A DNA stretch of 64,000 nucleotides from a virus. The stretch covers positions 1,871-65,870 of the IMG/VR virus record IMGVR_UViG_2623620549_000002; one strand, written 5' to 3'. The position numbers were made by a program, and so were the translations under genes. This document shows, in pieces, positions 1 through 9,084 of the stretch; position 1 is the stretch's first letter; every line of letters begins with the position of its first letter. The notes below the pieces were generated by a model. It made no database searches and was not told where the DNA came from. It saw nothing but the letters and a program-made list of their open reading frames with translations.

Positions 1-452
1 ATACCCTCGGCCACGATGTCGGCGTCGCTGATGTCCTGCACGCGCTCGACGCGCACCGACACGATCTCCAGGAGGATTCGGGTGGCCCAGCGCGGCATGT
101 GGATGCTCGGGATAGTCCGCGCTGGGATACCGATCGATGGCGACGGTTCCAGTTCGTAGTCGAGCAGCGGCCCTACATGCATGCCAGTGGCCGCGTAGTA
201 GTGGCCTTTATCCGCGTGATGACCGAGCGTTTCACGTACCCAAATTTGGTCGCCAGCCTGGCCGTATGGGCATTTGCGGCCCGATTCCGCCAGCAGCGCA
301 AGGAGTGCGGCCGGATCGCCTTGCCACGGCTCGATACGCTTGTCAGTGACCATTTGCGGCTGCGGCTTGATGATCCGCCGTGTCTGCGTCTTGGCGCCGG
401 CCAGCGTGGCGCGCACCATGGCGCCGTTCATGAGAATAGGGCGCTCTTTCAC
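1..452 (-). CDS. ASCH-like phage protein (partial, runs off window start)
   Basis: Read manually. GTG at 452 overlaps the stop of the upstream ORF. Translation begins [26 protein letters not shown] and later reads PSIHMPRWATRILLEIVSVRVERVQDIS, the typical phage ASCH-like motifs. Not in the ORF track. Confidence 0.8.
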   Translation of the reverse strand, partial: MKERPILMNGAMVRATLAGAKTQTRRIIKPQPQMVTDKRIEPWQGDPAALLALLAESGRKCPYGQAGDQIWVRETLGHHADKGHYYAATGMHVGPLLDYELEPSPSIGIPARTIPSIHMPRWATRILLEIVSVRVERVQDISDADIVAEG

Positions 453-856
453 GTTGCACCGCCTTTCAGGAAGCTGTTGATTTGGATGGCCAGCGGATTA
501 ATGGCAGGCTGCTCGCCGGTAGCCTGGACTGCCTTGACGTGATCGTTGTGAGGCTTGACCGCCTCAGCCAGCAGTGCACGAGCGGCGCGGAGTTGGGCGT
601 TCAAGCCTCGCAGGCCATCCTTGATCGGATTATTGTTCTCAAGGTTTTCGGTGCTCAGTCCATCGCACGCATTCCAGCAGGCGACCAGGTGCCGGGCGTT
701 GGCCTCCCGCATGCCGGGCGCATTCTTGAAGTCGATTGCCACTGCTATCGCATGATTTTCAAATTGGGCGGTACCGCCGATAACGGTTTCGGGCACGCCA
801 TCGTTGTCGAGGGGCGTTTCTCCGACCATCAGCATGCCAGGCGTGCGCGCGCTCAT
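449..856 (-). CDS. phage hypothetical protein
   Basis: 135 aa ORF with 4-nt overlaps to both neighbours in the leftward operon. Confidence 0.65.
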   Translation of the reverse strand: MSARTPGMLMVGETPLDNDGVPETVIGGTAQFENHAIAVAIDFKNAPGMREANARHLVACWNACDGLSTENLENNNPIKDGLRGLNAQLRAARALLAEAVKPHNDHVKAVQATGEQPAINPLAIQINSFLKGGAT

Positions 857-2328
857 GCTGCCGCTCCCGGAGCAGCCAACACCGTGCGGTTGCCATTTGA
901 CGCCATCCCGCTTACCACGCCCAGCGCCTCCATGGCTTCCATCAGGTTGCTCGCCCGGTTGTAGCCGATCCGCAGGTGGCGTTGCACCAGCGACAGCGAT
1001 GCGCGCTGGTGTGCACGCACCACCTCGACAGCTTTGGCGTACAGCGGATCGCTGGCGCTGCCGTCGCCTGGTGGCACGGTGCCGGGCGCTTGGCCGTTCA
1101 ATTCCAGCGCCACGCGCTGTTCGCGCACTTGCTCGTGGCCTTTAGCTGGCCGTGGGCTCGGCTCCATGATTTCAACGGCGGCTACCAGCAGCAGGTCGGC
1201 GGATTGTGAGCCGCCAGGAAGCTCCTTGACCAGCGTCAGCGCCGATTTAATCGCGCCCTCGGCGGTTTCCGTCATGTGCTCGCGCACGCGGGCAACGGCC
1301 GGCTGCACGGTGCTGTCATACAGCTCGTTGAGCACATCGCGGTAACGGGCGCGAAGCTTGTACAGATCGCCAGTCAAGTTCACGGCGCGCTCGACCTTCT
1401 GCTGGCCGGCAGCAGCCGGGCCCGGCGTCTGCGTTTCCACGTCAGCCTCGCCGCCCAGAGCCTCGACCAGGTCGGCCAGCATCTTGGCCAGTTCGCCCGA
1501 CATCAGCGCGAAATCGCTGTCGAAGCGCTCGTCGTCGTTGCGCGTGGCGCTTTCCTTGATAATTTCCAGCGGCTTCACCGATTTGATAGCCAGGCTCTCG
1601 TCCAGCACGAAGCTAATCTTGTCGCTCCAGGTCATGGCCAGACGGGTACACTGCTTGCCGGCGGCGATGTGGCGACGGATATCGTCCGCCTCCAGGGTGT
1701 GGCGCTTGTATGCCACCTGGGCCTTGCTTTCGCCCGTGGCGCGCATGATTGCGTCCTGGTCGACCGTGAAGCCTGCCGGCGCTTCGTCGTGCTGCAGCCA
1801 GCCCGTCATCATCGCCACGGGCGAGCGCATGACGCGCAGGCTTTCCAGCGGCAGCTTGTCCACGGACTTGAGCAGCAGCTTGACCACCTCGTCGGCTTTG
1901 GCCGGGCTGGCCGCGTCCACTACCAGCCAGCCGTTGATCGGGTCGATCCACACGGCCGTGGTGCTCTGAATGGCGAAGGCGCGCGGCAAAAGCTCGTCGG
2001 TGACGCGCTCCTTCAATTCCTTCATGGCCTTCTTGCCGGGCGCGAAGCCCTGGGCTTCTTCCATTTCCAGCGCGCGGGCCGCGGCCACCTGGTTCACCAC
2101 GGTGGAGGGAAGGAGCTTCTTCTCGGTTTTCAGCTGCAGCAGGAACTGGCCGCCCACGGCGTGCACCAGTGGCGTGCCGGCGCCGCGCGGCGCAGCCCAG
2201 CCTTGGCGCTGCAGCTCGGCGCTCGTGGCGGGCGTGAAGGCCTGGCGCTCGAGCATGCTGTTCAGCTCCGGGGCGCTCATGGGCCAGTTTGCGGGCAGGC
2301 GGTAAATCTGGAGATTCTTGAAAAACAT
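853..2328 (-). CDS. rdgC: recombination-associated protein RdgC with C-terminal FtsK gamma (winged-helix) domain
   Basis: N-terminal ~295 aa ([11 protein letters not shown]...[13 protein letters not shown]) is RdgC-like. C-terminal [11 protein letters not shown]...[31 protein letters not shown] matches the FtsK gamma consensus. Confidence 0.9.
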   Translation of the reverse strand: MFFKNLQIYRLPANWPMSAPELNSMLERQAFTPATSAELQRQGWAAPRGAGTPLVHAVGGQFLLQLKTEKKLLPSTVVNQVAAARALEMEEAQGFAPGKKAMKELKERVTDELLPRAFAIQSTTAVWIDPINGWLVVDAASPAKADEVVKLLLKSVDKLPLESLRVMRSPVAMMTGWLQHDEAPAGFTVDQDAIMRATGESKAQVAYKRHTLEADDIRRHIAAGKQCTRLAMTWSDKISFVLDESLAIKSVKPLEIIKESATRNDDERFDSDFALMSGELAKMLADLVEALGGEADVETQTPGPAAAGQQKVERAVNLTGDLYKLRARYRDVLNELYDSTVQPAVARVREHMTETAEGAIKSALTLVKELPGGSQSADLLLVAAVEIMEPSPRPAKGHEQVREQRVALELNGQAPGTVPPGDGSASDPLYAKAVEVVRAHQRASLSLVQRHLRIGYNRASNLMEAMEALGVVSGMASNGNRTVLAAPGAAA

Positions 2329-2337
2329 GGCGCTTCC

Positions 2338-2751
2338 TTATTCTGAGAACACGACGCCGCGCGCGGCACCGAAGGCATACAAAAACTCAATGAATTGCGC
2401 GGCTTCCTTCACGTAGAAGTCGCTGGTCTGGACGCCCAGCTGCACGATCCGGCGCCCGTCGAAGCTGGGCGTCACGCGCCCGTCGTGGTGCAGCGGCGTG
2501 CCGGCCAGGCGCATTTCGTCGGCAAACTCGTCCACCAGCAGCCGCTTCATGTCATCCGCATCCCACTTTCGCCCGATATGCTCGACCTGCTTGGCGATCT
2601 CGCCGATCATCGCGTGGTACTTTTCTTCCTGGGCGCGCTTCTTCTTCGGCTCCGAAAACACCACCATCCAGCCAGGCGGCGCGCTCTTGGCAAATTCAAC
2701 CGCCCGGCGCCGCGCCTCGTCGTGCACGAGGAAGTAGGTTTGCTTCGTCAT
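2338..2751 (-). CDS. ninB: NinB/Orf-family recombination protein
   Basis: QEEKYHAMIGEIAKQ...WDADDMKRLL...GVQTSDFYVKEAAQFIEFLYAFGAARGV fits the NinB pattern. Confidence 0.8.
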   Translation of the reverse strand: MTKQTYFLVHDEARRRAVEFAKSAPPGWMVVFSEPKKKRAQEEKYHAMIGEIAKQVEHIGRKWDADDMKRLLVDEFADEMRLAGTPLHHDGRVTPSFDGRRIVQLGVQTSDFYVKEAAQFIEFLYAFGAARGVVFSE

Positions 2752-3008
2752 GGTGGCGATCCTGCGGCCGTACTGGCCGGCGGCAGCGCCGTCACGCGTT
2801 CCAGGGCATAGCAGCCGCTGATGCCATCCAGCCAGATGACTGCGGTGTGGCCGCTGAGCACCAGCGCTTCGCTGACGGTGACCGTCTCGCGGACTTCACC
2901 GCCATCCAGCTCGACGCTGACGGCGGCGCCGACCTGGTGTACCGCGTTGAACCTGTCGCATGCCGCCTGCAGCTGTGCGGCAGACTTGCGGGCCGGACGG
3001 CCGGTCAC
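2748..3008 (-). CDS. phage hypothetical protein
   Basis: 86 aa ORF overlapping both neighbours by 4 nt. Confidence 0.65.
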   Translation of the reverse strand: MTGRPARKSAAQLQAACDRFNAVHQVGAAVSVELDGGEVRETVTVSEALVLSGHTAVIWLDGISGCYALERVTALPPASTAAGSPP

Positions 3009-3715
3009 GCTGCACCGCCCAGGTCGGCCGCGTCGATCACGATGCCGCGGCAGTACGGTTCGCCGTCTTCAACGATTTCGAAGGTGGCGTGCGGCACATC
3101 GGTGCGATAGGTCCAGCTGTAGCCGTCTTCCTTACCCCACAGGGCATCCACGGCGCGCACCTGCGGCGCCCGGGCGAAATAGTCCTTGAGCGCATCGTCG
3201 TCGTGCTGGATATCCTCGCGGAATGGCAGCAAGCCCTTGGCGTCGATCAGGGCGATGGTCGGCGCGCCGCGCTCGTCGTCCACGAAGCCGCGAAACTCCA
3301 TCAGGTCGTCGCTGGCGCCGAAAATCACGATCAGCCCGGCCGCCTTGGCCTGCTGCTCTTCTTCCTTCACCATTTCCTTGCCGTACTCGCGGCCAGTCAG
3401 CAGGCCGGCCAGCAGCTCCTTGCTCAGCTTGACCGGCGCCAGCTCGATGGCTGGCGTGCCCATGTTCGTGTACGGGTGCTTGTCGGCATGCGGTTTGATG
3501 TGCGCGTAAAAGTGCTTGCCGATGGATTCGGCGCCGGCGAAGGCCGCGTATTCCGTGGCCGTGACGTTGGCGTAGTGGTACACGTCCGCCGGCGCGCCCT
3601 TGCGGAAGAACTGCACGGCCAGGGTTTCGGTAGCCGGGCAGTGGCCGATAGCCGCGATCTGCGAGGACTGGATGGTTTGCAGGGTGATTTGTGGTGCTGC
3701 GACTGCTGTATTCAT
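3005..3715 (-). CDS. KTSC-domain protein fused to a second phage domain
   Basis: Start reassigned to MNTAVAAP (ATG 3715, GGAG upstream). SSQIAAIGH...TLAVQF...YHYANV...AESIGKHF is KTSC-like. Confidence 0.75.
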   Translation of the reverse strand: MNTAVAAPQITLQTIQSSQIAAIGHCPATETLAVQFFRKGAPADVYHYANVTATEYAAFAGAESIGKHFYAHIKPHADKHPYTNMGTPAIELAPVKLSKELLAGLLTGREYGKEMVKEEEQQAKAAGLIVIFGASDDLMEFRGFVDDERGAPTIALIDAKGLLPFREDIQHDDDALKDYFARAPQVRAVDALWGKEDGYSWTYRTDVPHATFEIVEDGEPYCRGIVIDAADLGGAA

Positions 3716-3746
3716 TGGTTTCTCCAGGTGGTGGGCGGGGCGGTGT

Positions 3747-5528
3747 TTATGCGGCTTCGGCGACCAGACCGGCGCGCGCGGCGGCAAAGTCGAATTTGTC
3801 CAGGCGGTCGATGGCCTCGGCTGGCGTCAGGCCGAACTGTTCGAACAACACATCGAGGATGTCGCTGTCGGATGGGTAGAGGTCATCGGCAGCGGCGTCG
3901 AGCAGGTCAGGTGCTGGCGCTGAGCGGCTCGGGGCCGGTACCGGTGCTGCGGCGGTCGGCGCGCGGCGGGCGGCGATAGGGGTGGTCGGTTTGGGCGCCA
4001 CAACTTGGACGCTCGGCTCGGCGGCGCGCTCGGCAGCGATCTGCGAGGCTTGCTCCGCCAGTTGACGCTGCGTGTCGGCTGCCGCGCGCTCGCGTTCGGC
4101 CTGCGCCGCCTCTGCCGCGAGGCGGTCAGATCCGACTTGGGCCAGGCGGATCGTTTCAGCGGCTGCCTTTTCTGCCTTGACGCGCTCCTCTTCCCGGATC
4201 CTGGCCCGTTCGGCTTCGGCTTTCGCTTCCTCGGCGCGCTTGTGATCGGCAATGCGGCTGGTGATGACGAGCTGGAAGTCTTCCATGGGCTTGCCGATGA
4301 TGTTGGCCATGTGCATGAACAGGAAGCCGTAGGTAGCGGCGTGCTCGCGGCACCAAGCCTGTTTGGCGCGGTAGTCGGCTGCCTGGGTATTGGCGGCGAT
4401 CTTGGCGTTGGCCAGCGTGGTGCTGACTGCATCGCGCAAGCTGCCGAGGGTGCGCTTATTCTTCATTGCGCCGGCGAAATCCGGCTGGGACTGCTGCAAG
4501 CGCAGCGGCGTGATTTCGGTTTCGAGCGCGGCGATGTGGGCGGTGAAGGCATGGCGGCCTTCGTTCAAGATGGTTTCTTTGATCTGTTCCTTGCGGGTTT
4601 TGACCAGCTTTTCCAGTTCCAGGCGCTTGGCGCGAAATTGCGCCTTGATGTGGTCGACCGTGCGCATCATTTCGTCAATGGTCGCGGTCTGCGCCAGGGC
4701 GGCAGCCTTGGCCAGTTCCAGCTTATCTTCAGCCTCGCCGCAATACTTGACGGTGTTTTCAGCATTGGCGAAGTCTTCGTCGGTTTCTAGCTTGGTGTTG
4801 ATTTTGGCAATGAACTTCTCGGCGGCGGCCTTGTACGCCACCAGGTTGCTGCTGACGACCTTGCCTTCGGTCTGGACGACCAGGGCGGGCAGGGCGGCAA
4901 TAGGCTCGGCGGCCGGCTTCTCGGCAATGTCGACCTGCGTGTAGTTAACGACGTCGATATCGAATTGCTCCCAGCCGGCGACGATGCGCGCGAACCAGGC
5001 TGTGTCCGGATAAACCCACATCCAGACCATGTTGTTTTCAGTGCCGTCGGATGCCATGAACAGCCACTTCTCGGCGCCGGTGACCAGCAACTGCTGCTGG
5101 ACCTGCGGCTGGTGCTCTTCCGGCAGTACGTCGGCGCGAACTGACGCGGCCAGATCCGCATTCCATTGCTTGTGCTCGAAGCCGATGGTCTCCGCCATGT
5201 TCAGGCCGTCGCAAGAGGCGCTTTCGCGGCCCAGCGACAGGGTGGCGGGGTAGAGGTCGTCGCCGATGATGCGCTCGGCGAACGGGCGCGCCAGCGCTTC
5301 GACCTCGTGGCCATAATCCAGGATGTTTTCCTGTACCCAATCGCTGAATTCCTTGGCCAGGCCTGTCGCCTTCATGCGCACCAGTTCGCTGCGAGTTACC
5401 TTCTTCGACAGACCCAGCATCGCGGCTGCCTCGCTGGCGCCGTGGTGGTTGAAGCGGAACGCGTGCCAGTCATCGCTGCCCTGGAGTAGATTGTGGATTT
5501 CGCGGGTGAGAGTGTTTTCACGTTGCAT
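3747..5528 (-). CDS. YqaJ-like viral recombinase exonuclease with long coiled-coil C-terminus
   Basis: QGSDDWHAFR...GASEAAAMLG...GHEVEALAR...ASCDG...EHK...QVQQQL motifs of the YqaJ/lambda-exonuclease family. Confidence 0.85.
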   Translation of the reverse strand: MQRENTLTREIHNLLQGSDDWHAFRFNHHGASEAAAMLGLSKKVTRSELVRMKATGLAKEFSDWVQENILDYGHEVEALARPFAERIIGDDLYPATLSLGRESASCDGLNMAETIGFEHKQWNADLAASVRADVLPEEHQPQVQQQLLVTGAEKWLFMASDGTENNMVWMWVYPDTAWFARIVAGWEQFDIDVVNYTQVDIAEKPAAEPIAALPALVVQTEGKVVSSNLVAYKAAAEKFIAKINTKLETDEDFANAENTVKYCGEAEDKLELAKAAALAQTATIDEMMRTVDHIKAQFRAKRLELEKLVKTRKEQIKETILNEGRHAFTAHIAALETEITPLRLQQSQPDFAGAMKNKRTLGSLRDAVSTTLANAKIAANTQAADYRAKQAWCREHAATYGFLFMHMANIIGKPMEDFQLVITSRIADHKRAEEAKAEAERARIREEERVKAEKAAAETIRLAQVGSDRLAAEAAQAERERAAADTQRQLAEQASQIAAERAAEPSVQVVAPKPTTPIAARRAPTAAAPVPAPSRSAPAPDLLDAAADDLYPSDSDILDVLFEQFGLTPAEAIDRLDKFDFAAARAGLVAEAA

Positions 5529-5564
5529 GATGTGTCCTTGGTGATTTTTTGTGTGGTGTGGCGA

Positions 5565-6503
5565 TTAGTCGTTTTCGTGCGCCCAGCTGTCGATCGTCAT
5601 TTTTTGGGCCTCGGTGAAGGTCGCCCGGGTGCTGAGCATGGCAATCAGCTGCGCCGGCGTTTTCTTCTTGCTGTGGATGGTCTGGCGCCATTCCGGCGTT
5701 TTTTGCTTGAACAGCTCGTCGGTGCATTCCGGCAACTGATCGATCGTGCGGTCATCTGTAGCAGCCGCAGCTGGCGTGATGTCGCGCGCCTCGCGGCTGC
5801 CTTCGTCCAACTCGTCCGGCGTATACACGCCCAGGATCACGTCGGGGGAGTAAAGGCGGGTCCAGCGCTTCACAGCCAGGTACGCCAACTGCTGTTTCGG
5901 GTCCGTCGCCCACAGCGGGGAATTACGCACGCTGGCCTGTACCAGCAGCAACTCGAGCACGCGTGGCTCAGTCTCGCCGCGTAACGTCGCCCAGATGCGC
6001 ACGCCCAGGCCATCCTCGTCCTTGAGGTCGTAGTCCGGCACGCGGAACTGATATTCTTTCTTGTAGTCAGCCGCACCCTTCGTGCCCTTCGCCGGCGCGG
6101 TGCAGACCTTGGATTTACCAATGATCTTTTCCCATGGGCCGTACCACTCGTAATTGAAGCGGTCGACCGTGACGCCACTCGACTGGATCACGGCATTGAC
6201 CAATTGCGCCTCGTAGCCCAGCACGCCGTTGACCAAGTGGGTTTTCTGCGCCACTGCGAATGGGTTCATGCGCCACTGAATGGCCTGCATGATGACGGCG
6301 GCACAGTCGGCCGGGCTACCGCGCAGGTGTTCCGGGATCGTGGCGCGGCCTTTAGCCATGATGTCGGCCAGGCGCATCATGCTGTCCATACTTGCGCTGT
6401 CCAAAATCAGCGAGGCGCTGCTGGTTGCCACTACGGGCATGTCGCCCTGGTCGTATTGCGTCGGCTGCATGGCGGTGCGACTTTCTTGCGTAACTGCGTT
6501 CAT
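5565..6503 (-). CDS. recT: RecT-family single-strand annealing protein
   Basis: ADCAAVIMQAIQWRMNPFAVAQKTHLVNGVLGYEAQLVNAVI and W...PKQQLAYLAVKRWTRLYSPDVILGVYTPDE; adjacent to the exonuclease. Confidence 0.85.
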   Translation of the reverse strand: MNAVTQESRTAMQPTQYDQGDMPVVATSSASLILDSASMDSMMRLADIMAKGRATIPEHLRGSPADCAAVIMQAIQWRMNPFAVAQKTHLVNGVLGYEAQLVNAVIQSSGVTVDRFNYEWYGPWEKIIGKSKVCTAPAKGTKGAADYKKEYQFRVPDYDLKDEDGLGVRIWATLRGETEPRVLELLLVQASVRNSPLWATDPKQQLAYLAVKRWTRLYSPDVILGVYTPDELDEGSREARDITPAAAATDDRTIDQLPECTDELFKQKTPEWRQTIHSKKKTPAQLIAMLSTRATFTEAQKMTIDSWAHEND

Positions 6504-6640
6504 GACTTTTTCCTTGTGAGTTTTATGATTTCTGCTTTCAACAGCGCCAGGCGGACGGCGTAGGCGATGGCGTGGCCGGCATGCCAGTTGCGTAAGGCCT
6601 GGCTGGCCACGTCCATCACGGCTTGGCTGACGACGTCCAC
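6500..6640 (-). CDS. small phage protein
   Basis: Read manually: VDVVSQAVMDVASQALRNWHAGHAIAYAVRLALLKAEIIKLTRKKS; stop overlaps the recT ATG. Confidence 0.45.
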   Translation of the reverse strand: MDVVSQAVMDVASQALRNWHAGHAIAYAVRLALLKAEIIKLTRKKS

Positions 6641-6861
6641 TGCGCCTCCCGGTGGGCGCGGCCCAGGCGTTGCACGCGCGCGGCGGATGCCTCCAGGTCG
6701 ATCAGCGCTTCGATCTGTGCAGTGATCAGTTCTTTGCGCATTTCTTCCAGGCCGGCCAGTTCGCGGCGCACGCCGGCCAGGCGCATCTTGTTCATGCGGT
6801 GCTGGTGCTGCGCCTGGGAGTGGCGGTGGGCGGCCAGCAGGCGGTGGAAGAGGGCGATCAT
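6616..6861 (-). CDS. small coiled-coil phage protein
   Basis: 3' part of ORF 6616..7290, starting at MIALFHRLL. Confidence 0.5.
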   Translation of the reverse strand: MIALFHRLLAAHRHSQAQHQHRMNKMRLAGVRRELAGLEEMRKELITAQIEALIDLEASAARVQRLGRAHREAQWTSSAKP

Positions 6862-7020
6862 GGACGCACCATTGCAGTCACGCCCAGGGCGCCGCCGTCG
6901 TACGCGGCATCGATCAGCGCGGCCAAGTTGCCGATGGCCGCGAAGTGCGCGACATCCTCGGCGCGCGGGCCGGTGCGGATGGTGATCATGTAGCTCATGT
7001 CCTGCTCCTCTTGTTAATGG

Positions 7021-7210
7021 GTTGCTGACGACCCGGCATAATCCGTCGGGCGTGTGAGTCCTGCGGCTGGTGGGCCGCCAACAAGGGAGGCGTTTGGTCA
7101 GACGGCGGGATTTGCTTTCGGCTCGGCCCCGCTTGCATAGTGCAAACGCCTCTCTTGTTGGCCGCCGGTTACGCCGGCGAAACGGGCCAGGGCGACTGGC
7201 CGGGGTGAAA
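7021..7210 (-). other. highly structured intergenic region in the PL transcript
   Basis: 20-bp inverted repeat (7077-7096 / 7143-7162, 19/20 match) plus short hairpins such as GGCCAG-N5-CTGGCC at 7185-7201. Confidence 0.55.
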
Positions 7211-7390
7211 TCAGGCTGCCGACACCTGCGAAGGGCGGAAGCGCTGGCTTTGCGTCGAGCCGTCCAGCAGCACTTCCAGGAAGTCGCCACGGGCGCCGGG
7301 GTGCGTCTTCACGAACTTGCCCGGGCGCGGCAGCGGCTCGGTTTTCGTGCCCTTCACATTCACCTTCTGATCTTTTTTGAAATTCGACAT
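7211..7390 (-). CDS. small phage protein (59 aa)
   Basis: Read manually: MSNFKKDQKVNVKGTKTEPLPRPGKFVKTHPGARGDFLEVLLDGSTQSQRFRPSQVSAA, with AAGGA RBS. Confidence 0.6.
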   Translation of the reverse strand: MSNFKKDQKVNVKGTKTEPLPRPGKFVKTHPGARGDFLEVLLDGSTQSQRFRPSQVSAA

Positions 7391-7517
7391 GCTGTATTTC
7401 CTTTAAGGTTGGTTGTGGCGCCGGGCTTCCCCGGGCGCCTGATCCTCACGAAGATCAATCGGGGCATGCTGATCCCACAGGGCATTTATCCGGCCCGCCG
7501 GCCTGTCCCGCCTTGAA

Positions 7518-7784
7518 CTACGGTGCGGGCGACCGCTGCTCTTGTTTGGCCAGCTCGACCAGATGGCCGAGCTCTTTGCCGTAGAAGGTGCTGCAGGGAG
7601 AGGCCATACGTGCATCCGTCAGGGCCATGGCATGCGCCACACTTTTGTTGCGGGCCCGGACCTTGTTGCGGTACGTGCCGTCCGTGAAGTGAATCGTCAC
7701 GTCGAAGTGAAAACGCGGGGCCGGCGCATGGTGCTGTGCCAGCTCGGCTTGCAGTTGAGCGGCGTCGTGGTCGCGGGCGCTCAT
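7518..7784 (-). CDS. phage hypothetical protein
   Basis: 88 aa ORF near the start of the leftward operon. Confidence 0.55.
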   Translation of the reverse strand: MSARDHDAAQLQAELAQHHAPAPRFHFDVTIHFTDGTYRNKVRARNKSVAHAMALTDARMASPCSTFYGKELGHLVELAKQEQRSPAP

Positions 7785-7912
7785 GACGATTAGCCGCGGG
7801 CCGGGATTGCGATTGGCGGGATCACTTCGCCATGGGCGACGAGGACCGCTTCAAGTGCTGCGAGCTCTGCTGGGGACATGGTGTACTCCGGTGGTTGCTG
7901 TTCGATAAGCGT

Positions 7913-7954
7913 ATTAAACACCATGTTTATAAACAGAGTCAAACGTTTTGTTTA
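7913..7954 (-). promoter_or_regulatory. PL promoter and OL operators
   Basis: Minus strand TTGACT (7942-7937), 18 bp, TTTAAT (7918-7913). Palindrome TAAACA-CCA-TGTTTA at 7915-7929 and degenerate CAAACG-TTT-TGTTTA at 7940-7954. Confidence 0.75.
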
Positions 7955-8109
7955 ATTTGTGGAGATTTTTGTTTGCTTGAGCGCACGAGGGCTTTGCTGT
8001 TCTGGTGTGTGAACTGACGGACTCCAGGTGTGCTACTGGAGTCGGGAGAGTAGGGGAGTTGTGATTGCTCTACCCAACTTGACTACTTCAATCGCAAAAT
8101 TTTAGGGCG

Positions 8110-8138
8110 AAAAAAAGCCCGCATGTAGCGGGCTTCTT
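8110..8138 (-). terminator. intrinsic terminator for the cI operon
   Basis: AAAAAAAGCCCGC-ATGTA-GCGGGCTT hairpin; U-tract on the minus strand, downstream of 8162..9022. Confidence 0.75.
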
Positions 8139-8161
8139 GAGATGTGGAATAGGGGAGTGGT

Positions 8162-9022
8162 CTACAGAGGCTCTTTCGCAAAAATCTGCCCGGTCTTAGT
8201 GTTGTACACCCAAACTTGGGATAAGGTGGTTACGATTGATGGTCCTGACATTGAGATCTCTGTCGGGCTGTCCATAGTCGCTTTCATGTAGTCGCTGTAT
8301 CGCACAATGTATGGTGCGCTAAGGTTTGTAATGTATAGGATGCCAATATTTCCTTTGCTATCCCTGGCAAGTTCGGGGGCAACTTTAAAAGAAAATTCCG
8401 AGGGGATGTGAATGGACTTTGCTATAGAATTTACGTTGGCAAACGTGATGCCACAAACTAAATAAGTAAAGCTATTTACTTCAATTTTTTTTCCATAACC
8501 ATTTTCAGCCACGTAGCTTCTCGAATCAGATAAATCTTTTATAATCGGTGCTGAGGAATAAAAATTCTCACCAATACGAACTGATTGAGATCCGTGTGAA
8601 ACTATCTTGATCGTCATGGTTTCGGTATCGGCGTCATACTTTGGCAAAAGTAGTGGCCTTGCCGGTGAGAATGCGAGAGTGCTCGTTCCTTTAAGTTTTC
8701 CATATAATGGACTATCTTTGACGAACTCAATACGCTCTGCGAATGCCTTTGAACTCTCGAATTCATCCTTCTCTAACTTGATATTGCCGAGAGGTCTTAC
8801 AATCTCGGCGCAGCTGTGGCCGCGATAATTGGCTGGCAACGATTCAACGCTTATATCAAAGGGATTTTCATCGTAACTGATGGAATCCTGCGCAGTCTTG
8901 CTAGTTTGTTTCGCTTGTTGCTTCTTGGGTGCTACTTTTGATTTTGGCGCATCTTGCGCTTGCAGACAATGATGGAATCCGCCTAGAAGTACTAATGCAA
9001 AAACTACTTTTTTCATAATCAA
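8162..9022 (-). CDS. secreted/periplasmic protein co-transcribed with cI
   Basis: N-terminal signal-peptide-like MKKVVFALVLLGGFHHCLQAQD; AT-rich; directly downstream of cI. Confidence 0.75.
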   Translation of the reverse strand: MIMKKVVFALVLLGGFHHCLQAQDAPKSKVAPKKQQAKQTSKTAQDSISYDENPFDISVESLPANYRGHSCAEIVRPLGNIKLEKDEFESSKAFAERIEFVKDSPLYGKLKGTSTLAFSPARPLLLPKYDADTETMTIKIVSHGSQSVRIGENFYSSAPIIKDLSDSRSYVAENGYGKKIEVNSFTYLVCGITFANVNSIAKSIHIPSEFSFKVAPELARDSKGNIGILYITNLSAPYIVRYSDYMKATMDSPTEISMSGPSIVTTLSQVWVYNTKTGQIFAKEPL

Positions 9023-9084
9023 GATTTCAGTTGTGATTTTAGATTATTTAATGTTGGTGTGGGCTAATCCTGAGATCGCAGTAA

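Noticed and set aside
7025-7210. Hammerhead-ribozyme-like core on the + strand (CTGACGA at 7025, pairing CCGGC/GCCGG, GAAAC at 7179)
   Set aside because: The stem II closing pair would be C-C, the cleavage-site base would be G, stem I does not pair, and the region is transcribed from the opposite strand
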